Source: Mycoplasma mycoides subsp. capri
GTDB taxonomy: Bacteria; Bacillota_I; Bacilli_A; Mycoplasmatales; Mycoplasmataceae
Direction of reading: 5' to 3'
DNA: 32,000 nt
Assembly: GCF_018389705.1 (NCBI RefSeq)
Contig: NZ_CP065581.1
Coordinates: 1,003,495-1,035,494 of the forward strand
Below, piece after piece: positions 11,287-22,640 of this stretch. The translations under genes were made by a program, and so were the position numbers. How positions within the stretch are numbered: the first letter of the stretch is position 1; each line of letters begins with the position of its first letter. Under the pieces are notes generated by a model that saw only the letters and a program-made list of their open reading frames with translations, made no database searches and had not been told where the DNA came from.

Positions 11287-12615
11287 ATGAAAAATAAACA
11301 TATCAGACTACTAGCAAAACTTGGAGTTTTATTTTCTGTTGCATCACTTCCATTAGTTGTTGTTTCATGTAAAACTTCAAATTCTAATAACAATAAACCT
11401 AATAATAATCAACAAAAACAATTAAGTAAAATTGATATTTCAAGTTTTAAAGGTAAAATTGAACCAAAAAATGAGTGAAATAAAGAAAATGTTTTACAAG
11501 CATTACTAAAAATAAATGGACTAGATAAATTAACTGAAAATGATTTTGAATTTAGTATTAAGAAAGCTAATTTATTACATAATGGAAAACTAGTAATTAA
11601 ATCTAAAGACGATTCTAAAATTATAAAAGGTGAACTAAGTTTAGAAATTAAAAAACTAGATAAAGTTAAAAAGGTTGAAACAAAATATAATGATAATAAA
11701 ACTGAAGTTTTAGAAATTGGTTATGATGAAAATGGAAAAATTTCTAGGTTTGCTGAAACTGTTAAAAAAGTTCCTGAAAAACTACCAGAAGAAATTATTA
11801 ATTTAGATGATGCTTTTAGAAAAAATCAATCTAATACAATTGAGAATCTTGATAAATGAGACACATCTAATATAGTAAGTATGTCAGCAATGTTTCAAAA
11901 TGCTAAGAATTTTAGTCAAGATTTATCAAATTGAAATACAGAAAGTGTAACTGATATGAGTTATATGTTTAATGGTGCAAATAAATTCAATGGTAATTTA
12001 TCAAATTGAAATACAAAAAATGTAAAAAATATGTGAAGTTTATTTGAAGATACTAAAGAATTTGACCAAGATATTTCTAACTGAGATGTAAGTAATGTTG
12101 AAAACATGAAAAGTATGTTTAAGAACGCATCAAAATTTAATAAGTCACTTTCAAATTGAAATCTAAAGAGTATAAAAACACTAGATTCTATGTTTTTTGG
12201 TGCTTCTGAATTTAATAGCGATATCTTCAAACTAGAAAATAATCTAGTAACTGATATGAGTTATATGTTTTATCAAGCTAAAAAATTTAATAAGTCTTTA
12301 GATTGAGATATATCAAAAGTAACTAATATGAATAGTATGTTCAATAACGCTCATAGTTTTAATCAAAATATAACTAATTGAAATGTTTCAAATGTTAAAA
12401 CTATGAAAAGTATGTTTAGTGATGCACATTCATTTAGTCAAGATATAAAAGATTGAAAAGTTGATAAAGTAACTGATATGGAGCGTATGTTTCAAAATGC
12501 AAGAAGCTTTAATAGAAATATTTCGAATTGAAACGTAAAAAGCGTAAAAACATATGATCACTTTAGTATACACTTAAAAAATGAATATAAACCTCAATTT
12601 GGAAAAAATAAATAA
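11287..12615 (+). CDS. DUF285 / BspA-like repeat surface lipoprotein
   Basis: Lipobox signal peptide (LGVLFSVASLPLVVVSCK); repeated W...V..M..MF..A..FN motif; AGGAG RBS 5 nt upstream of the ATG. Confidence 0.88.
11860..12520 (+). repeat. DUF285 coding repeats (PARCEL-like), ~75 bp period
   Basis: Reiterated gtaactgatatgagttatatgttt...aatttaataagtctttcaaattgaaat units. Confidence 0.7.
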
Positions 12616-12694
12616 TCTAATTATTAAATAATATGAAATAAATAAAACCTGTAATTTTTAAAATATAATAAAAATTTAATTATTATATATTCCA

Positions 12695-12730
12695 TTAAAA
12701 CTCATTTGTTCAAACAAATGAGTTTTTTAT
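12695..12730 (+). terminator. Intrinsic terminator
   Basis: AAAACTCATTTGTT-ca-AACAAATGAGTTTTTTA. Confidence 0.85.
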
Positions 12731-12822
12731 TAGAATTTTTTTTATAAAGAATTAAGAGAGTAAATATTTAAATCTACTAATTATTAAATGATATTATACA
12801 AGTAGAAATTAAGTTAAAAGTT

Positions 12823-14046
12823 ATGTTAGTAGAAACAAGCAAGAAAAATAAACAAGTTATCTTTAATTTAAAAAACTCAAAGTATCATTCATCATATTTC
12901 ATTTATATTTGTGTCGGAATTTTATTTATATTAGGATTAATAGCTTTAATATTTTCAACACCTTATAAAAACGATTTTAAACTTTCTCAATTTTTTGAAA
13001 AAATAACAAATTATGAATTAGGTAAATGATGAGCAAGAGGAACAGAATTAATTGGAGATACCCAAGTACTTATTTATTATCTTGCATTATTTATGATAGC
13101 TATTGAGTGCTTTTTTGCTTATAAAAAACAAAATAAAAAAGTGTTCTTTATTAAGCATTACTATTTAGTAAAAATAATTTATATATTAATTTTATTTACA
13201 ATTATATCAATAGCCATTTTTCGTATTTATAAAGTTTATAACTTTGATAACGGATTTGGAAAGTATGGTGATTTGGTATTTCAAGATACTATAATCTATA
13301 GACAAATACTAACTACACTTATTCTTGTTTATCAAGTTATTATTTTGAGTTTATTTTTTTATACAATACATTTTAAATTAGCAAAAAGATCTGATATTTT
13401 AACTAATAAATATTTTAGTAAGTCTATTAAAATTTTAATTATAGGTCCTTTTTTACTAACTGTTATTACTTTGATAAAAGGAATGACTTCTCGTCCTTAT
13501 TATTGAAATGTAATTTTTGCAGATCTACTAAATAAAATGTCTAAAACTCATCCAGAATTTGTAACTTATTATTTAAAACAAGAAAATTTTCAACTAGGTT
13601 TTTTAGCCAGTTCATCAGATTTTAAACAATACGATTTTTTAAAACTAGTTGATATTAATCAAATTAAAAATATGTATTTTTCTAATGCAAATTCAACTGA
13701 TAACTGAGCTTGATATGTATCTAATGGATTTTTTAATCCATCAAAATATACTTGTCAATTTACTTATTATCAAGAATGAGCGTTTCCATCAGGACATGCT
13801 TGTCAAACTATGGTGGTTGGTTATGCTTGATATTCGATTTTTATTGCTGATAAGAAGTTAACTACTAAAAAATTAATGTTTTGTTTTGTTTATTTATTGT
13901 TTTTAATTTCAATGAGTTTTGCTTTAGTTACTACTAGAGGGCATTGAGTTAGTGATGTTGCTTTTTCTTATGTTTTTACAATTCCTTTAATAGTTATTGT
14001 TGAAATAATTTATAAAAAATTAAGTATAAAATACTTTAAAATTTAA
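12823..14046 (+). CDS. PAP2-family (phosphatidic acid phosphatase type 2) membrane protein
   Basis: 407 aa with UGA=Trp; LIKGMTSRPYYW, AFPSGHACQT and ALVTTRGHWVSDVAFS match PAP2 motif blocks; multiple TM segments. Confidence 0.82.
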
Positions 14047-14176
14047 AATGTTTTACTGATTGATTATGAATTAAATATGTTGTTTTTTATTCTCAAATAT
14101 AAACCAATAATTATTAGCAGCAAATATTTTAAAATTTGATAAATAAAAACAAAAAGTTGTATTTATAATATTTATT

Positions 14177-15383
14177 ATGACAAATACATTACCTAAAAAA
14201 GATGCGATCAGTACTGAGTTTAAATTAAAACAACAAAAAACATTTTCTTTTAAGCCTATATTTATTAGTCTTATTATTATTTATGTTCTAGCTGTTATTA
14301 GTTTAATATTTTCAACACCTTATAAATATGATTTTAAACTTTCTCAATTTTTTGAAAAAGGTTTAAAATTTGAAATAGTTAAATACTGATCAATGTGATA
14401 TGAAATAGTTGGAGATACTGAAATAATTATTGTTTATTTATCTGTAGCTATGATATTAATTGAAAGTTTTTTTAGATGAAAAACTATAAATAATCAAATT
14501 AACTTTTGATCAAAAAATAAATGAATATTAAAAGCAATTTATATCATAATAATCATTAGCTGATTAATTCAAGTTATTATAAAAAACATTAAAACATTTA
14601 ATCAAGATAATGGATTTGGTAGTAGTGGTGATGCTGTTTTATTAGATAGTAATATTTATCGTAATTCAGGAAACGTATTAGTTAGTGTTATTCATACAAT
14701 TTTACTAATTAGTGTATTTTATTGAATTCATTTTAAACTTGCTAGATCTAAAGATTTTTTAATTAATCAATATTGAATTGATGCTTTAAAAGTTTTAATA
14801 GTAGTATTAGTTTCAACAAGTACAGTTATTTTAAAAGGAATGACTTCAAGACCGTTTTATTATAATGTTATTTATAATGACTTATTAGAACAAGTAAAAT
14901 TAAATGGAAATAATCATTGAGTTGAACATTACTTAAATCAAGATGTTTTTAAACATGGATTTTTAGATATTAAAACTAATAAATATTATAGCTAATTCAA
15001 CAACCGATTGACCTTGATATGTATCTAATGGTTTTTTTAATCCATCAAAATATACTAATCAATTTAATTATTGACATGAATGAGCATTTCCGTCAGGTCA
15101 TGTTGCTGCTAGTTTAGTATTAGGTTATGTTTTATACTTATTTATAACTAAAAACAATAAGATTACTTATAAGACACTAATTATACTAGGTATTTATTTA
15201 TTACATTTATTTTCAATGAGTTTTGCTTTAGTTGTTAATAGGGGTCATTGAGTTAGTGATATTACTTTTTCTTATGTGTTTTATATTCCTTTAATAGTTG
15301 TTATAAATGTGTATTCTAAAAATTGAATATTAAAAATAACTGAATTTATTAATAAAAAATTAAATAGTAAAAAAGGTTGTTAA
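14177..15383 (+). pseudogene. Second PAP2-family paralog, frameshifted
   Basis: Frame 1 (14177..14995) ends ...GFLDIKTNKYYS*; homology continues in the +1 frame from ~14991: ANSTTDWPWYVSNGFFNPSKYTNQFNYWHEWAFPSGHVAASLVLGYV...VNRGHWVSDITFSYVFYIP...NSKKGC*. Confidence 0.75.
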
Positions 15384-15396
15384 ACAACCTTTTTTA
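15369..15396. terminator. Terminator hairpin overlapping the PAP2 stop codon, possibly bidirectional
   Basis: AAAAAAGGTTGT-taa-ACAACCTTTTTT. Confidence 0.8.
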
Positions 15397-15464
15397 ATGA
15401 TTATTAAATTATTAGAATGAATAAATTTATTAATTTATATATTTTATAAACAATTAGAAAACGA

Positions 15465-17729
15465 TTATCTATTATTTTCGTTATCTACATTAAGATAATT
15501 ATCATCAAAGTTATCATTGAAATTATCAATAAAACTATTTAAGGCCTCATCTAGTTCACTTATTACTTTTAATTCAGATTCAATGTGTTTAAAATGTTCT
15601 TTAAGTGAAGGTTCTAAACTATATCTAATTTTATTGGTAATATTAGGTTTTATATGAGCTAATGCTTTATTTCATTCTCCCATTGTAACAATTATTTCAT
15701 TTACTAAATCAACAGACGTATTGATTTCTTTATCAATATTAATTGGTTCTTTATTTCTGATTTCATCAATGGTATCTTGCATATGTTCAACTTCTTGTTT
15801 TAGAATAATTTTTTTGTTTAAAATATCATCTATTTCAGATAGAAGTTTTCTATTTTCTTTTTCTGTTTTTTCAATTTCTTCTTCTAAATTACTTTGTGTA
15901 ATCATATTTGCAGCGATTTGTTTTTTAATATCTTTTTTATCAGACTCATATTCTTGCAATAGTTTTTCAATTTCACCTTGAGTAGCTAGAAGAGATTCTT
16001 TATCTTTATTTAATTGTTCAATTTCTTTTTGTTTGTCCTTTATTTCTTTTTCTAGACTTTCTTTTGTTAAGCTAAATTCCATTTTATCAATTTTAGATTC
16101 TAATTCTTTTAGCTCTGATTCTTTTTTAGTTTTCTCCAAATTAAGTTCTTCTATTCTTTGTTTAGATAAAGATGCTTGTCTTTCTAAATCTTTAGTTCTT
16201 TGGCTTAAATCTTTTGTTTCACTAATTAGAGTTTTATGTTCTTGCTCTTTTGTTTTAAGTTCTTTTCTAATTTCTTTTTGTTTGTGTTCTTTTTTTCTAA
16301 TTTCAATTTCAAACACTTTAGTTTCAATTTTTAAATTTTCTTTGTAAGAATCGGTTCTATCATATTCTAATTCAAGTACATAATCTTGATCTTTTAGACT
16401 TTTTATAGTTTTTTGTTTTTCAGCAAGTTTTTTTCTTAATCTTTCTATCTCTTTTTCAATTATATTTTTGTTTTTTTCAACTTCTTTAATCTTTTTTTCT
16501 AGTTCTTGACTAACTTTTTCTTGTTCTTGAATTTTTGAATTTAAAATACTTATTTCAGACTCTAATTGCAAACTTTCTTGCTTTTTAAAATTATTTTCAT
16601 TATTAATATTTTCAATTTTTTTCTGTTTTTCTTTTAATTCATTTTGTTTTTCTAAATTATTGTTTCTTGAAGTTTTTAATTCTGATTCTAAACTACTTAC
16701 TTGTTCTTTTAATCTATTTATTGTTTGTTCATTTTTAGTTATTTCAGATTTTATTTGAGTTAATTTATCTTGTTTTTCTTTTAATTGATTTTTTAAATCT
16801 TTATTTCAATCTTCACTTTTTTGACTATTTAAATTTTCAAATTCTGATTTTAATTGTTGAAGTTGAGCTTCTAAGTTGCTTATTAATTTATTATTTTCAT
16901 CAATTTCATTTTGTTTTTGTTGAAGTTCATTTTTAATTCTTTCTTGTTCTGATTTAACATTAATTAGCTGACTTTCAGCAACACTAATTTTTGCTTCAAT
17001 ATCACTTAGTTTACTTTTTTCTGAATCAAATTGTTTTTTTAGTATTTTACTTTCTTTTTTTAAATTATCAATTTGAGAGTTCAATAAATTGATTTTTTCG
17101 TTGTATTTTTTGATATCTGATAATTTTTGATTTAAGATTAAGTATTTTCAATTACTTTTCTGAACTATTGATTCAAGTTTATATATTTCATCACTAAATG
17201 ACTTTTTAACATTTTCTAATTCTGATTTTTCTTTATTTATTTTTTCATTTTTAGCAAATAGATCTTCTAATTCTTTTTCTTTTTTAAAAAATTCATTTAG
17301 TATAGTTTTAAGAAGCCTTTTATTTTCTTTTATTTGTTCTTCTAATTTTTTTATTTCATTTTCTTTTAACGAAATATTTTGGTTATCAAGTTTTATTTCA
17401 CTATTAATCTTTACAAGATCAGCATCCAATTTATTTAATCTATTTTTATTTGTCTTGCCTTTATCATTAAGACTATTAATATTAGCATCTAAATTATTAA
17501 TTTGATTAGTTAGTTCATTTTTTTTGTTTTCACTATCATTTAAAATTTTTTGTATATTTTTTAATTCTAGTTCTTTAGTTTTCAACTCTTTTTTTATAGA
17601 TTTAATTTGATTTAGCATATTCTGTTCTTTAGTGTTATTTGAAACAGCTATGTTTTTATACCCAACATATCCAAGACCAGTAGCTGTAATAACACTAATA
17701 ACTGCTAGTAAACTTGTTAGCTTTTTCAT
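15465..17729 (-). CDS. Coiled-coil protein with N-terminal membrane anchor, paralog A (754 aa)
   Basis: MKKLTSLLAVISVITATGLGYVGYKNIAVSNNTKEQ... then long K/E/L/N/Q-rich heptads; ORF pieces 17148..17729, 16806..17084 and 15672..16571 are in one frame once UGA=Trp. Confidence 0.82.
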
Positions 17730-17738
17730 AAAACACCT

Positions 17739-20000
17739 CTATTCAGTTAGCTCTGATACATTACTTGAAATTGCATCATATATAATTTTTTCAAGTTTTT
17801 TGATATTATCTTTTATTTCTTTTTTAGATTGATCTAGTTTAGAGTTTAGGTCTTTAATTTCTTTGTGATTCTTATTTATTTTTTCTTGAATTGGTGTCAT
17901 CTTTTTTATATATTCGTTATAGCGAACACTTAATTCTTCAGGAACTAATCATTTTTTAACAAGTTCAGAAAATGAAGATAAATCTTCTTTAAGTTCTTGA
18001 TCTTTTTTAATAATTTCTGCTAGACTTTCTTTAGTAGTTTTAAAACCAAATCTAATTTGTTGTATATATTCAATTATTTTGTTTGAAGCGTTTTCTATAT
18101 TAGCTTTTATTGTTGAAAGTCTTTCATGTTCTTTTTCAGCTAGATTTAAATCTCTATTTAATTGTGAAATTTTAGTTTCATACATTTCTACTTCTTTAAT
18201 TAGATCCAGTATCTCATCAGCTTTTTTATCTATTTCTTCTTGTTTTTCAGTATTAGCTCTTTCTATATTTTCGTTAGTATGTTTTAGTTCTTCTATTGTT
18301 TTGTTTAAACTATCAACAACTTCTTTAACTCTTTTTAAATCATCTTTATCGTTTAACAATTCATCTTTTTTACTTGAAATTCTATTATTTATTTCTTTAA
18401 TTTCATTAGATAATTGCTTTTGTTTTTCTATAAATTCATTTTGTTCTTTAGTTAAATTAGATATTTTATTTTCTAATTCTGATTTTTGTGTTTTTAACAT
18501 TAACAACTCTGAATTTTTTTGTTCAAATTGTTGTTGTTTTGCTTTTAAATCTTGTTTAATAGAATTATATTTTTTAGTTAATGATTCTAAATTTCGTTCT
18601 TCTTTTTCTATAAATTTTTTATGATTTTTAAGTATTATTTTTTTAGCTGCAATTTCATTTGTTAAATCACTAATTTCACTATTTAAAACGATTCTAAAAG
18701 CAAGTAAACGTGTATACTCTCTAGAAAGTTTTTCATATTCTAGTTGTTGATTTTTTAATTGTTGTTCTTTTAATTCGTTTTCTTTTTTAATCTTTTCTAG
18801 TTCTTGTTCTAAATTAGATTTTTGAGCTTTTAATTTTTTAATATTTGCTAAATATTGTTGTTGTTCTCTTTCTAGTTTTTGGATTTCAGCATTTTTTTGT
18901 TCTATTTGTTCATTTAACTTTTGATTTTCTGATGAATTATCACTTTTATCTTTTTCAATTTTTTCTATAAATTTTTTTAGTTGATTTAGTGATTCATTAG
19001 ATTGACTTAGTTTTGTGCCGGTAATTTCCAGTTGTTTATCAATATAACTTATTTCAGATTTCACATTCATTAAATCTGAATCTTTTTTCTTGTTTAAATC
19101 AGAAATTTCTGATTTAACTTGATTTATTTTGTTGTTTAAATCAGAAATTTTTTCTTCAGTTTGTTCAAGTTCAGATATTTTGTTTTCTAATTCTTTTTTA
19201 TCATTATCATTTGAATTTGATAATTGTTGTAGTTGTTCATGTGTTCTTTGTAAAATTTCTGTTTTTTCTTCTATTTCTTTTTGTTTTTCACTAAAAGATT
19301 CTTTTAATGAATTAAATTGCTCTTCTAAATTTGAATAATCTTTTTTAAGTTGATCATATTCTTGAATTTTTAATTTTAAAACCAAAATTAAATGTTGCTT
19401 TTTAGCTAATTCGCTTTTTACTTTATCTATATTTTTTTGCTTATTGTTTTTATCTGTTTCTAATTTAATCAATTCAGATTCATAAGTTTTTATTTGTTCT
19501 TTAAGCTCATTAAGTTTAGTATTTGATAAAACTAACTCATCTTGAAGTTTTCTAATTTCACCATTAAAAAAAGTATGATTTGCATCATTTTTAAGTTTTT
19601 CTCTTTTAAGTTTTGCTAATTCTTGTTCTAACTTAATTTTTTGTTCTTTTTTTGCTTTTGATTCTGATTTAGAAATATTTAAATTTTTAATTAACTCGTT
19701 TATCTTGTTATTTTCTTGAGTTAATTTATTTGCTATATCGCTTTCTTGTTGTTTTAATATTTTGATTTTTTCGTTGCTATTTTTAATGATTTCAGCATCT
19801 TTAGTGTCTAAATCTTTAATTTTAGCTTCACTGTTAAGAATTTCATTTTGTAGGGTTTTTAGTTTTTCTTCTAGTTGTTTAAATTCATGCTCTTGGTTAT
19901 TTATAGTTGTATCATTAGATAAATTCTTATACCCCACATAAGAAATACCAGCTGCTGAAAAAACACTAATAGCAGTAAGTAATACTATTAACTTTTTCAT
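17739..20000 (-). CDS. Coiled-coil protein with N-terminal membrane anchor, paralog B (753 aa)
   Basis: MKKLIVLLTAISVFSAAGISYVGYKNLSND...; stop 17739-17741; a single UGA(Trp) at 17949 separates the last ~70 residues (WLVPEELSVRYNEYIKKMTP...SNVSELTE*). Confidence 0.85.
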
Positions 20001-20049
20001 ATAAAACCTCTAAAAATAACACTGTATAGTTTAATTTTATAATTTATGG

Positions 20050-20067
20050 TTTTTTTTTTTTTTTTTT
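20050..20067 (-). promoter_or_regulatory. 18-nt homopolymer A tract (minus strand) in the upstream region of paralog B
   Basis: (T)18 on the + strand, 50 nt upstream of the B start codon, followed on the minus strand by CCATAAATTATAAAATT. Confidence 0.6.
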
Positions 20068-20328
20068 ATGACGACTTTACAGCCTTTTAAGGTTAAAAAC
20101 TTGTATAAAAAGCCAGTTTTTTTAGTAAAATTAGTATCTTTTGTGTTTTTTTGTATTTCTAAATAAAAATAAAAAAACAATAAAACACTTATTATCAATA
20201 GTCGTATTAATTAGCTATTTTTAGAGATTTTTATTTTGCAGAGCTTGTATTATTCCTTTCTTAAAAAGAAAAATTTTTACAATAACTGTGTTTTAAAAAG
20301 ATAGTTAAAATAACAAAGTAGATAATAA

Positions 20329-20356
20329 AAAAAGACTGGGCTTTCAGTCTTTTTAA
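20329..20356 (-). terminator. Intrinsic terminator of paralog C
   Basis: AAAAGACTG-ggcttt-CAGTCTTTTT. Confidence 0.75.
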
Positions 20357-20364
20357 AACAATAT

Positions 20365-22617
20365 TTAGTTATCAATTTCAAAGAATTTATCATCAAATTT
20401 TTTGTTAAAGTCTTGGATCATTTGTTCTAGTTCTTTATCAAATTTTTCAAGGTCTTTTAGATTATTTACAATTGAGTCATAGTGTTCAACTAGTTTAGGT
20501 AAGTCACTATTTGTAATTTGCCTAGTAATTCTTTTCTTTTCTGTAATTCTAGTTGACTTATTTCAATCATTCATTAAATCAGTGATATTTTGAACTTTAT
20601 ATACAGAAGCATTAATACTATCAAGAATAATGTTTGATTTTTCTATGGCTGTTAGTGCTGGTTTTTCGATAAGCTCAACTTGCTTTTCTAATTCTTCTTT
20701 TTTACTTTGAATTTTTTGAATTAATTCTTCTATTTTTTTATTTTCAACATTAAGATGATTAACTTCACCAGCTAAGTTTTCTCTTGTCTTAGTTTTTTCT
20801 AATAATTTAATTCTTAAATCAGATTTGGTTGTTTCAAGTTCTTGAAGTTTTTCCTTAAGTTCTTTTTGTTTATTTTTTAATGAAGTTTGTTCTTGATGTA
20901 ATTTATTTATTTTTTCATCATTCTCTAATTTCTGTTTTTCTAAGAGATTATAGTTTTTATCATAGTCAAGTGATTCTAGCTCTTTTTCTAAATTAGAAAT
21001 CTCTTGTTCTTTTCTCAACTTTGTCTTTTCTAAATCTTGGATTTTTAATTTAAAAGATTCAATTTTACTTTTTAAAACTTGGATCTCTTCTGATAAATTT
21101 TTATTTTTTTCTTTTAATTCATCTAGTTCTTTTACTTTTGAGTCAAGTTTTTTTGTGACATTTTTTAAATCTGTTTTCTCATTTTTAATTGAATTAGATA
21201 CATCTGATATTTTTTGTTCAATTTGAGTTTTTGTGTCATTTAAACTTTTTATTTCTTTATTAAGGTCAGAGTTTTTATTTTCTAGATTTTGAATTTCATC
21301 ATTAGCTTTACTGTTTTCTTCTTTAATAGTCTTAATTTCTTGTTCTTTTGATTGTTTTTCTTGTTGTTTTACTTGGATTTTACTATCTAATTGCTTATTT
21401 AATTCTTCTTGATTTGAAATATTTCTGTTTAAATCATTAATATTAGATTCCAGATTTTGTAATTCTTGTTTTTTAGATTCGTTTTCTTCCTTAATAGTTT
21501 TAATTTGATTTTCTTTTTCTGCTATTTCAGTTTTAATTGATGAATTGTTGCTGTTAGAATTTGCTAGTTCTCTTTTTAAATTGCTAATTTTATCATTTAA
21601 TTTAGAAATTGTTTTTTGATTATTAGAAATTTCTGATTCTATATTTTGTTTATCCTTTTCTTTTTTGTCTAAAATTTCTTTTAAGTTTTTTGTTCAGTTT
21701 TGTGCTTTTTGATTGTTTAATTCCTCTAATTCTGTTTTTATGTTATTTAGGTCTTTATTTTTTTGTTCTAAAATACCGTTGTTTCTTTCAACTTCTTTTT
21801 GTTTATCTGATAACTGTTTTTTAATCTCATTTTGTTTTTGTGTAGTGGTTAAAATTTTTTGTTGAGTATTATTAATTTCTTGTACTAACCCATTTTTATC
21901 ACTAGTTAGTTTTTGAATATTATCTTTTATTTCATTAACTTTATTCTTAGTTTCACTTATTTTAGCTTCTAGTGATCTATTTTTTTCAGTATATTCTTTT
22001 ATACTTGTTAAAATTTTTTCTAGCCTTAATTCTTCTAATTTTGTTCTTAATAAATCATTGTTGATTTTTGCTATTTCATGTTCAACTTCATGTTCTATAT
22101 CTTCAATATTGTGTTTTTTGTTTATTAAATCGTTAAACTTTTCATTTAATTTTGTAGCTATATTATCTTCGTTTGTTAATTCAACTAAATTCTTATAGAT
22201 TTGTTTTTCAAGTTCTTTTAGTTCTTTTTCTAATTTAGATGATTGTTCTTTATTATTATTCATTTGATCATTATTGTTTTTAATATCTTCATCTATTTTT
22301 TTAGAATCAGAATCTAATTTTGTTAATTTATCATTATTAACTATTAGTTTAGTATTTAACGAACTAATTTCTTTTTCTAAATCTTTTATTTCACTATTAA
22401 AGGAATTGATTTTAGTTATTCTTAAATTAAAATTATTTTCTATGTTTTTAGCTGCTTTTTGTTTTTGTTCTAATTGTTTTTTTAAAGTATTTAGTTTCTT
22501 TGTTATGTCATCTTCTCTAGTATCTCTTTTAACAGCAATATTTTTTAAACTAACATAAGCAAAACCAGTTGAAGTAAAGACACTAACAGTTGCTAAAAGT
22601 ACTGATAACTTTTTCAT
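20365..22617 (-). CDS. Coiled-coil protein with N-terminal membrane anchor, paralog C (750 aa)
   Basis: MKKLSVLLATVSVFTSTGFAYVSLKNIAVKRDTRED...; ORF pieces 21694..22635 and 20563..21018 share a frame; C-term MNDWNKSTRITEKRR...NKKFDDKFFEIDN*. Confidence 0.82.
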
Positions 22618-22640
22618 AAAATCATCTCCATCCAATAGTT

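Noticed and set aside
11961-12230. Minus-strand ORF 89 aa
   Set aside because: Antisense shadow of DUF285 repeats.
15721-19338. Plus-strand ORFs rich in S/F/C/L (15721..15981, 16033..16347, 17632..17832, 18079..18624, 19129..19338)
   Set aside because: They are antisense shadows of K/E/L/Q codon-rich coiled-coil genes; reverse complements of gaa/tta/aaa codons give ttc/taa/ttt patterns. The same applies to 22274..22558 and 22846..23052.
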